Made by a program: the position numbers and the translations under genes. This document shows, piece after piece, positions 39,990 to 51,199 of a DNA stretch of 64,000 nt. This DNA comes from Marsupella aquatica (lineage: Eukaryota; Plantae; Marchantiophyta). Position 1 is the first letter of the stretch. The number at the start of each line of letters is the position of its first letter. The notes below the pieces were generated by a model. The model saw nothing but the letters and a program-made list of their open reading frames with translations, was not told the origin of the DNA and made no database searches. The stretch is from contig OZ316895.1 of assembly GCA_973895155.1 (NCBI GenBank), positions 24,681,538 through 24,745,537 of the forward strand. Reading direction: 5' to 3'.

Positions 39990-40450
39990 CTTTCCCATAA
40001 TAAACCCAATAATTGTTCCTTCTCCATATCCAGTAGCACAGGTTGAAAGGATTTTCTATACCATAAGGACTGTCATTACCATAATAAATCCAATTGTTAG
40101 TTTTTATTACTGAGTATTTTTCCTTCTCCATATCCAAGTAGCACAGGTTGAAAGGATAAGGACTGCCAATAACATAATAAACTCAATTGAATGTTCTTTT
40201 TTATTACTGAGTATCGTTCCTTCTCCATATCCAAGTAGCACAGGTTGAAAGGATTTTCTTTACCATAATAAACCTGATTGTTTTGCCACAGGTTGAACGA
40301 TTTTCTATACCATAATACACCCAATTGTTCTTTTTTGTTACAGAGTATTGTTCCTTCTCCATATCCAAGTAGCACGGGCTGAAAGGATTTTGTATGGCAT
40401 AATAAACCCAATTGTTCTTTTCTCTTACTGAGTGTTGTTCCTTCTCCCTA
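39990..40450. repeat. Degenerate tandem repeat, ~90-110-bp unit, ~5 copies
   Basis: Repeated ttccttctccatatccaagtagcacaggttgaaaggattt...ccataataaacccaattg. Confidence 0.85.
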
Positions 40451-41587
40451 CCCGGCTGCCTGGCTGGTGACGCTTGTTTATCAGCAGGAACCACCACACC
40501 ATATAATATGCAGGGAGTATGTATTTGTTCCCAACCCAATGGGGAACCGCTGTACATGTACGTAGCATACCCTGAGTTATTATTGGGCCACATCACTTTC
40601 AAGGTGGGTCTGGTGTTAAACTTAATGGTGAGGGGCACGAGTAAAGCCGTGTAGCACAGGGACAGGGCGATAGGAACCAGAGGGGCTATTTTGTGCAAAA
40701 ATTCCGGGGGCTTGAGCTATGGTCCGTGGACAGGGGGGTTACCTTCTTGCTTTGCGAGTCCAACATCTTTAAGCATGATAATGGACTTTGAGCCTGACAG
40801 CCTCACACAACCCATAAAATTAACAACTACCCCTTCTCCACGGCCGTCACTTCAGTTTTTTAGCCACAATTAAGTTTGACACACCCTAGTAAACCTTGAA
40901 CACCATGTCCATGCTGGCTTACAAAAAAAAACCTTGAGCCCAAGCCTCAGGCTCATGTCCTTGTTATTAGGGTTTAAATAGGATATGGCGTTCCTTAAAT
41001 TTCTAGTCATTTCTCGTTTCGCGCCTTTAGCTTCGAAAATAAACATAAATGACAAAGTAATTCAAATTGAAGGCTGATCATGTGACTCGCATTCAAGCGT
41101 CATGGAACTGGTATGTTATATAGATTTGTTTTTGTTCCTCTCGTTCAGTAAAAGTTGGAAATCTTTCCTCGAACAATGTTGGTCCCATCTTCGAGTTAAT
41201 CTTTGCTCCTTTCAACAATATTCTTCTATCTCCTCTCTGCCCCAAACGAACCCCGGACACGTATGGGGCACAGTTAATACATCTCTGTTTGCAGTCCCAA
41301 AAAATCTAAAACCCTCGCTTATCGTAATGCTATTCTCACAATAGGCAGGTCCCATAGCATCCAACATCTGTAGAGCCGCGCAAACAGAAGACTGTCCAAA
41401 ATTAACGAATGACTACTATTCTACATGCTTGCTTGCATTTACAGTCGACTATATTATCGGTGTGATCCAAACTATAACTATATTTGCCACTCTTTTCACA
41501 GACAGTGGACTGAATTCTGCACCATCTGATAAGAGGACGTTCAATTTCGAAGGGGTTCACAGCCGTATGCCAACCCATCAAATGTAA

Positions 41588-43598
41588 CTATTTTTGCCAC
41601 TCATTCACAGACAGTGGACTGGATTCTGCACCATCTGACGAAAGGTCGTCCAATTTCGAAGGGTCCACAACCGTATGCCAACCCATCAAGTACGGTATCA
41701 TGTACTGCACAAGAAAGACGACTTTACCGACTGAGCTATTGCAGAATTTAGGGTTGGTCAGATAATTACAGATAGTCACGAAAGTGGAATCGGAAAAGGT
41801 TGTAAGTTAAGAAATTACATTGGCTGATGAGCGCAAAACGGAATATTCTGCTCGGGTAAGAGCAATGCTTATTTTTGCTTCCAAGGCTTCCAACTTGTTC
41901 GACACATCTGCACGTGCGATATTAAGCAACGCTGTTATGCAAAGTCACTGAAAGAATTGGAAAACTAACACTAGGAGAACAATCATGATTTTAGCCAGGA
42001 TAGCAGACAAGACAGAATCAAATCAGAGACAGCAGACCCAACGATACAGAGCTCCACCAGTGTTCATAAGATGCCAAGGGATTTAAAAATGGGATTTCAA
42101 TTACAATACGATACTTACAAAAGTTGAAGAAAAAGCCTGTCTGGTCGTTCATCGGTTCCACTTTCAAGACTTTCCTTATTTTGCCTGCATCACTGCATCA
42201 CCGTTGAAGGTTCCCTCAGTTCCTGCGGCAACCATCCTTTCTTCGAAAAAGAGACAGTAATTGCATTGGAGGAAATGGAAAGCCACGGGGAAGGGTTTCG
42301 TTTGTCTGCTGTTCACTTTTCTTGCTGAGGGTAATAACTGGATAAGTGTGGGAATGTTAAATTCCCTTACAGCCCTGTGCAAGGCTGGATTTTGAACCAA
42401 GTAAGGATCTACAGAAAATTGAAATCGTACTTCTCTACATCATTCAAAGTTCTTCCTTCGGTACCTTTTACCCATGAGTGGGTCATGGAAAAATTCACAG
42501 GTTTCTCCCATTGATAACCCCACTAGAGTCCCCAACTCCAAGACAGAGAGAGCTATAATCTGTACACACAGGTGGAGTGGGTAAATGCACTCGTTCCAGC
42601 TGAAAATTGGTATACATACATTTGAATTTTGCAATCGATATCTCTTGTGATGACCAGGGATTAACTGAAACTATGAAAACTGTCCGCAGAATCGATTTTC
42701 CGTCTAGCTCTTGACAACAGCATCTCCAAACAAAAGTCATGATAACAGGCATGATGTAACAGGGCCTCACAATCAAGGTACCCTCACCTGCTTTCGGCTC
42801 CAATCATATTGTCGGGGTCCCAGAGCAGGAGCGAATTCCAGATACATACTTCCTTCTCTATCAAGTGCGAAGTCGCCTGTCTGCAGGATCGGCAGAATGA
42901 GCCAAGGTACCTCTCTTCAAAGCAACCAAAGACAAATATTGACAGCGCCCTTGTTGCACACAAGAAAACGTGGATAAGCGAGGCTGAACCAAAGTTCAAC
43001 TCACATCAAGGATTTTGAAGATCGGCTTGCCAGGTTTCATACTCATGGCCCCCTTTCCCTTGTAGAACGTGTAGTCTGCAAATGCTCTGCGACCTTGACT
43101 ACCTTTACATGTTTCCAAAAGATTGGAGCACGGCAAACATAAGAATGTCAGAGGCAGGCGATGACTCTTTAAACTAGATGGAACCCTTTACTTCAGATTT
43201 GGGAGGAGAAGATGACAACCCACCGCTCTCGGTTCAGCAGTCAAAACGAATGGACAAGAAGAGACAAGATCGAACGTTCATTCCGCCACAGATGTGTTTG
43301 CTAAAAGGTTTTTGGTTTCTTCTTGTTACATCTATCTCGTTGGAGTAAACTTCTCTCTCAAGGAATCGCAACAGCATTGACTGCATTTAGATGAGATATT
43401 GCGAGCCAAGAAATTGACCATAACGTTAACTATAAACGGGATGTTTAAAGTGAGTACGCCACCATTGCCGCGTTGGACAGTTGGGACTACTGATGTTGAA
43501 TAGTCAGACTGTCGTGATCGAGGAGCTGGCAGTTCTAGTCTGAAAGGCTGAGTAGACACCACAGGCCGTAGAGTAGAAACTAGTGTCAGCCCTCCCAT
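41588..43598 (-). CDS. WHY: WHIRLY single-stranded DNA-binding protein (organellar), ~233 aa, 7 exons
   Basis: Exons 43598-43463 (less certain), 43102-43005, 42880-42788, 42559-42465, 42192-42119, 41907-41819, 41704-41588. Motifs YTFYKGKGAM, EFAPALGPRQYDWSRKQ, CEFFHDP, KVLKVEP, IPYLMGWH. Confidence 0.93.
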
Positions 43599-45229
43599 CC
43601 ACTTTCTGCATTCAGCACAAGGAATACGTGGTTTAAGGAATACAGTGTTCCCAATTCAAAAACTGACTAGGACGAAGGAAAGTAACGAGTACGTACCATT
43701 TCCTAATACTGCAAGCACAACCTCTCTACTTAGTTCTAGGAGGGAAAAACCGATGCAAACGCCAGATTTGTCCATTTCGCAACATTACCGAGAAAACTTA
43801 GGAGATATCGTAACAAAAGATCAATCCGGAAGATTCAAAAACAGTTTTCACCCAGAAATCCAGTGAATCGGTTCAGAACAAGAGGGACTAAACATAGAGC
43901 AGTTTGGTGGAAGTCGCCGAAGGACTCGAGTGACAAAACAGTGTCGCACGCCCAGTTGAATTGCAGATTTATTTAAATCAAGAAAATCTCGCAACAGAAA
44001 TCAACCGATGCTTTGCAAGCTAACGTGAATGTGCAAAGAGGCATGAAGTAAGGGAACATTCCCTAGTTGGACGGAAAAAGAGAAGATTGTACTCCTGAGT
44101 ACAAAAGTACCTCTCGGTCCAGTTACGTTTCTAATAAGTACGCGACCAAGCATCTTGCTAGAGTGACATTTCAACAGACACGGCCGCTAATGCTAACACA
44201 TGAGCTACTCCTCTACTGTGGAAGGATTCAGAAGGCATCAACAGAAGTGGTAGATGACTTTCGCCCAACTTGCAAACCAGAGACGAGGAGGAAGCAGCAG
44301 CAAACCTTGACGCCGCAGAGAGACGCATGGTCAGGGCGCCACACAAGGCAGTCATCGCCGTGAAGTACTCCGCGTATGAAGAACCTCCTTGCCGAATCGT
44401 GGAAGAAATTTCCTAATTGGCAATCTGCAAACAACTACTGTAGAGCTGGATCCCAACAATCAAGCAACATTGTTGAGCTTCAGGTCTGTCCTCGAGAAAT
44501 CCTCGCGGGAAGCAGTACCTCCAAAACCCTCGATAAACCTTGTTGGACAGATCGATCGGGACAAGGTTCCAAAGTTGGAGGTATTTGCTTGATCTACCCT
44601 CAAAATTAAACTTGTTACTTGATCTACCCCTTGAGGTATATGAACGGTCCAGATCTGAGATCGAAAGGTACATCAATAATCCAGATTTGGGAAAAGTATC
44701 GAGGGCGTTGATTTAGCAAACTTTTTTCAGAAGGGGGTCTACTAAGCATATCCTCCACGAAGTTGAGCTCTGGATGTTTGAAACCAAGTTTGCTAGCTAA
44801 CTGGTGTTATTTAGGGTAATTTCCTCCAATTAGAAAAATGTACGGTGATTTTTTTCAGTCGCACTGGTGTTATTCAGTCTATTTTCCTCCTATGAAATAC
44901 AACTACAAGGAAATTTTTCAGTTGCATCAGGATTTTGTTTTGGGTTGTAACATGCTACAACTACCCGGCTCTGGGATGCACTCTCAAAGGAGGAGGTACC
45001 CATCTTCATCGTCTAAAGTGGGAGACTGAGAAAGTTCCTGAGCTCTTCCCAGATGCAACTTTTGTTTTTTGGCGGTTTGAAGTTTGAAATATATTAAGGA
45101 CTTACTAGAGGGGGATGTTAAATACACCCCACCTTCCCTATCTTCACCCTAATTTAATAAACCCACCCCAAACTGACCTACCCAGGTCATTACCCATTTC
45201 TCACTTCCAAAAGTTTTCAATCAACAAAT

Positions 45230-45795
45230 TTTGACTTTCAATTTCTCCCATGACATGGGGCTGAATTGGATTTGATAGAAGCAATTTGGAAAGATATTTG
45301 CAAGAAGTCTAACATTGTCAACTTTCATTACAAACTGAGAGAGCAACGAAGTTTGAAAGATTAGCTTGTCATTCACTGTACACTTCTCTCATTTGTGAAA
45401 GTTTATGAATATCAACTTTTTACTTTCAACTTCTCCCTTGATATATATAGCAACTTGGAAAGATCTCTCCAATAAGTTTGATATAGTGAACTTTCACCAC
45501 AAATTGAGAGAGCTATGAATTTTCAAATACTACCTATCTGTGACTGTACATCTTCCAAAAGTTTTGGATCAGCAATATGAGCTGTTCCAATTCCCCTTTG
45601 ATGTGCAGCCCAATGGGCTGTTCTTGGGTTCAAAGCACCTTGGAAGAATTTTACAACCAGTCTAAAATTGTGAGCTTTCACTACAAATTGAGACTGAGAG
45701 CTATGAATTCCCAAAGATTGCATTGTCACTCTCTGTACATTCTTCCTACCTCCAAAAGTTTTTTCTCAGCAAATTCAGACTTTCAATTTCTCTCT
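45230..45795. repeat. Degenerate ~175-bp tandem repeat (3 copies) at the insertion site of the large MULE
   Basis: ctttca..acaaa.tgagagagc.a.gaa.t...aa.a...ctgtaca recurs at ~45320, ~45490 and ~45673. Confidence 0.65.
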
Positions 45796-46505
45796 TGCAC
45801 GGGTATGATAGCCATGACAGAAAACAGAAAACAGAAAACCTGTTACCAGGAAATTTTTTGCTGTTAACAGTCAAATATAACTGTTACCAGTAAGCGATTC
45901 TCTGTTACCAGTTTTGCATCAACCATAGCCCTTTGGTCCGAATGAAAAACTACGCTAATCACAAAAATTTTCTGAAGTGAATTAGGTTTAAAACAAACAA
46001 TTATTGTGTGCCATCCGATGGATGAAGAGTACTAGCAATCCTCCCTTGCAACAACATTTTGATCTGGAAGATAACTGAACACGGTATGGGGACTATACTC
46101 AATGAAACATTCATTCAAATATCACTATTCGTCCAAGCTAAAAAGTGAACCTTAGGGTGGGACCCACCACAGAACAAGTGAAGAGTAGTGTCCAAATGAA
46201 CTCAATCAAAATGAGTTCACTTAAATGGACCGAGTACCGTGACAAACAAATGACAAAACACCTCCTAACGATTTATTTCAGAATAATTGAATAAACGTGG
46301 CTTGAAAGATAAAACATAATGATATCAACTTACACATTTTAAATAAAACATAGTGTAATGCTTACACTACACGCGTACATAATAAAAGCAGCGCCCGGCG
46401 CTAACCAAAAAATACTGAATAAAACAAGTAACATATCCGTTGGGTAAAGACAAAATAGTGACTATCCGTTATATTGAACGACCTATGCGAAAGTTTCAGC
46501 CCCTA

Positions 46506-49500
46506 TTATAAGCCATTCAAGTTCTGCCTCTCCAAGACAAGCCTGACTTCGCCCACAGTCAAAATTGGTTGGCTACAAAGAGTCGACTCCTCAACCTCAA
46601 GTTTGAAAACATTTATGTACACCCAGTATAGATGTTTACAAGGCATGTACGACTTGCCACGCAAATGTCGTAGGAAGAAGTCCTCACAAGAGCAAGCAGG
46701 GAAGATACAGATTTGCACGAAGTACGTGCTTGGTGATCAAAGGTTCTCATGGGTTCGAATTGAAATTGCTTTCCAAAAGCATTTCCAGTCCGAACATTCC
46801 ATTCCCCATCCAAACTCATCTCTTCTTGTCGTGCAAACTCCATTCGCTTAGTGTGACCCACAGTGAGATTAGACCGAGGTCTTGAGTTCCTCCCATTCCG
46901 ACTACCCAGTCGGACATTTGGCTCCAAAAACCTTATTGTTTCTGGGAACACGTTCACATTTATCCTGAGGTCAAACAAAGATGGCGCAGATCGACTCGAT
47001 CCTGTTGTTCGGGCTAAGACAAGTCCTTGCTCTTCGAGGAACGTGATTTCAGAAGGAGATAGGTTTGTACCCTTCAGAACAGGCAAAATTTCAGGAAGAG
47101 GAGGAAGCTGATGAACACCACGACGCGGACGACTCTTATAACAGGTTTGGTTTGGGCAGAACCAAATCATTTTGGAGATCGGTTCACCCCTGAAGAGATG
47201 ATGGCCCTTCACGACAATTCCAACAACACCGTCAAACAAATGGAAGCCAACCTTCTTGATACGATTTCGACAGTCATCGCGATCAGAACTCCCATTGAGT
47301 GTCCCGTTACACTAGGGACCTGTTCCATACTTGGACGTCCGTCGCAGCTACCACTGCCCCAGAGGGACATCCTTCTCGAGCACAATCGTGCGTGAAAGTG
47401 GATTCTGAAGTGAGGCTGGTGCACTGAGCGGAGGTTTTGTGGATCTTGTTGTACGGGTTGTTTGAGGGGTATTGTCCAATGAATCAGTATCACCATCTGA
47501 TGTGTCCATACCAGAGAGATTCACCACTCTTGTCACAGGATCATAGAATTTGAGGGAATGGAGGCAAAGTCAGTTCTGTTTAGGTTTTTCCTTTTCAAAC
47601 CATGAGTATTTGGTGTGGTTATGAGAACGGTGTCATGCCGATGGGAGTCTTGTGGAGAGACAGTCCCTTTTGCGTGTCCCTTTCTCTTCATTGACTTGGT
47701 CACGATATCTCCGTTGAGGGGAGTACTTCTTTCCAAATCGAAGTCCGCCGCGTTGGAAAGAGGCATGTTGGTCGCATCTTCAAATAACCTCGGCAAACCT
47801 GCTTGATCGGCGGAACGGAACGCCAATTCCCATATAGTCGATCCCTTTCCTCTGTTCAACCCTTTTCGATATGCATTGTATCCCGCAACTTGAGACAGGG
47901 CTCGGTTTTGGTCCACTTTGCATGCTTCAAAAAGATCAACTTTTTTCTTTGTAGCCCAGGCTTTCATAGACGCATGCCTTGATTCTGACCCTGTACAGTT
48001 TGGAATCAAGGCACCTTCTTCTGAGCTTTTGCTCTGCCATAGTCCGAATGCAATAATCAGTACTAGCATTGTATTACCAGCGCCCGGCGCTGGCTCCGAC
48101 AAGTATTTATAACATACGTGAAATACAATTTAGATTATGATTCTGGAACTTTATGGACATGTTGGACTCAAATACGAGCAAATCATACCAACGCCTGGCG
48201 CTAATATAAAGTTGATGGAAATGAAAGACAAGAGAGGAGATGGATGTCATACCACTCGAATAAAATTGCCCCACTGGCGCCATCAAACAACCCACTAGGA
48301 TATCCAGCTTTGTAGCATCATGAGCTTTCCAGGGACACAGTTTCCTGATTGCCACCAAACCACAATCTCTCGGGACATGCGATACGCTACCACAAACGTT
48401 GGAGTGTTTCTTAGTTTCTCCCAAAGTCTCCGATGTTTCGATTGACATTCTTCGAGTACTCCTTCCTTGGAATGCGATGGAAAGATTGATAAAAGTGAAA
48501 TGCATCAGAGCGCTCCCTCTCTGGGTCTGGGTGTCCACCAAAAAAAACATTTCGCACAAGATTCCGTCCAGCTTGTGCATTGTCCACCATAAACCCTTGG
48601 ATGACAACCTCCTGTAATCCATTCTCCTTGCAAACCTCAATTATAACTCTCCAAGCCTTTTCGAAAGACTCAGTGTCTTCACCTTTCAACTTGCATGTGA
48701 AAACTGTACAAAGTGCACGGAAGTTATGGTCGTAGACATGCGCGCTAAAAGTAAACCAATCGGTTGTGATACGCTGCATCACATCAAAACTGACCCAGGC
48801 TCCTTCGAGTCTTCCACCAGGTTGCATCTGTCTCAAAAGATCCACACCGGAACCGTGACCCTTCGTGGTCATTTTAAAGATGTGAGGCCTGTCATCTTGA
48901 CATCCCTGACCCAGGAGCAAATATCTCTGGAGAAATGACAGGTTAATCTTCTTCTGCATTTGCGAGAGAAAATCAAGTTCACCCCGACCCTTTTGGTCTA
49001 TCCTAACGCTCCGACAAAGAGATGCAAACTTCTGGGGAGTGGAAAGTACCATCACAGACTTCCATATTTCAGTTTCTTCGATATCAACCATGTCGTCAAC
49101 ATGTTCGCAGAGAGCTTTCACTATGGACCCTGTAGCAGAATTCAAGATCCCAGCTGGTTTTGCCAGAGGATTGGCTTCATGATTTTTTTAATTAAATCCT
49201 CAGCCATCTTCTCCGCACTCCTACAGAAGGTTTTTCTACCTGGATGATTATGCTCACCTATATGAATCGCCAGGCGGGACATATGACTACATGTTTCCAC
49301 ATCAAGTAATACTTGCGGGTACATATAGAACAAACGGGCAGGGCAGTACTTGACACAAAAAGGAATCTGATCACAATAATGACACACAACACCGCCCTTT
49401 TCGATAAAAGATCCGACACCATACTGACCACTAAGCTTTGGAGTACCCTGCCATGCCTTAGCATTTGCCTTCTTCTTCCTTTGGAAGTACTCGCAGGACT

Positions 49501-50236
49501 TGTTCCAACATTCAATGAATCCCGTACAGGTAACCTTACCGAATTGCCAAAGTTTTTTCGGCTGAACGTTCGCAGTAGTTGGAAATATGTGTGTCCAAAT
49601 GTAGCAATCTTTGGCACGGTCCATGTCCCTAAGCCTAGAGCCTTTAGAGAGCATCTTGTCAATGGGTGGCAATTCAAACACGACGTTCCTGTTGTACTTA
49701 GTTGGCAGACAGGAGACTTGCTCATGTCTAAAATCACCCGTTGATATGAACCTCGATAACTCGCTATGACCAATGGATTTGAGTAACGTATCCATTGCAC
49801 TCCGTCGATACACGACCTCCAACTGGTTAGAGCTTCCTGGAGTCTCACCTTTAACGATAGCATGTTGTGGGACTTTCATTTTCAACGTAGGACTTGGAGT
49901 GTGATCCCCATCTTCACTAGAAGAAATCTCGACAACATCAAATGGAACTTGGGGGACACTGGACGGTCCTTCATGTTGTCTTACTCGAAGTGAGTACAAA
50001 ATCCCCGCGTATAGATGCCAAAACCGTTCACCATCATCCACATTGAATGTTGCTGCATCTTCGATGTCATCACTGGTTTCGAGCTCTCGAACAATGGCCT
50101 CAATATCATTCATCCTCAAATCAAATCTCCCGCAAAGGTATCTCTCTCGGACCTGCTTGTACGTGTCTTCCATAGGGACGGGGATGGTCACAATATCTCC
50201 AGTCCCGAATCGGGATAGAACGATGGACCGAGACAT
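46506..50236 (-). pseudogene. MULE transposase: GCM-like zinc domain, DDE core, C-terminal SWIM finger; disrupted
   Basis: N-terminal C..C.N..C...C..C...CPAR...H.GEHNHP. DDE core VSFDVM, FMVDNAQAG, DAFHF, then PNCTGSESRH after intron 48252-48034. SWIM finger CSCEDF...PCKHLYWVY. Frameshifts (~49185 and others) and TGG->TAG / CGA->TGA-type stops. Confidence 0.88.
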
Positions 50237-51199
50237 TGCAATCGAAAACAAATAACGAGGGCTGTAATGTTTCGAGGAAGAAAAGTCTATGGTAATATGG
50301 AGCTTATATCAGTCGAACATGGGAACTTCACGTTAACAGATCCGTTTGTATAAGACATAAAACATAGTCGACATAGGATCTGTTGGCGACATAAATGATT
50401 TTTGTCGTTTTTCCCCGATAAGTCCGGATCTCAGACGCATACATAATGCCAAAAAAGACACCACAAAAATCTTTAACAGACTCTAAGATATTGTATAGTT
50501 GGAACAATTTGAGTAGCGCCTGGCGCTAACTAAAATGTCTCCAACATAATATGCCCCAAATCTCGATATTTCATACTAGCCCCTGGCGCTAGTATACGAA
50601 AAACCCCTCCAGATATCCATCAATACTATGAAATAATTGGATTGAAATGATCAATGAAAATGTGAATTCTTTTAAAACTATGGATGAAAAATACTCGTTA
50701 TCACTAGCGCCGGGCGCTAGTATAAGATGCAAGTAATGTTTCCCAAAAACCATTAAAACAATAGACATTTCTTTAAATATGGGGTTGTTTTGATGAAATT
50801 TATATATTCGAGGCACCATTTAAGACCTATTCTATAGCTGTTGTTTTTACTAGCGCCTGGCGTTGCCATGACAATCATCCAAATTATCTACTTCAAGGGA
50901 TGTTGTTTATAATAGCGCCCGGCCCTAGTATTCCAAGTGAGGGAGGAAAACGGTCATAACGGTAACATTTAACGGTAACTTTTGAGTTCCGTGTGTGTTA
51001 CGCTTCTTCTACCGCTTGATTTAGCTAATTAAGTTCTCAGCATACATACATTGGAATCCGCCAAACTTACGAGCTTCTCGCTTTAATCGAAGAGTTCCGC
51101 TGAACTCCACCTCCTTCTAGAATATATTACACATTGAGAGTTGATTAGAGTTCCATAATTTCATTGTACGATAGTTCGTACGCTTCTGGAAGGAAGACG

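Noticed and set aside
44067-45029. Possible gene between WHIRLY and the MULE
   Set aside because: Short stop-interrupted frames with no recognisable family.
49258-49863. 201-aa and 143-aa ORFs overlapping the transposase
   Set aside because: Alternative-frame and antisense shadows of the transposase exon.
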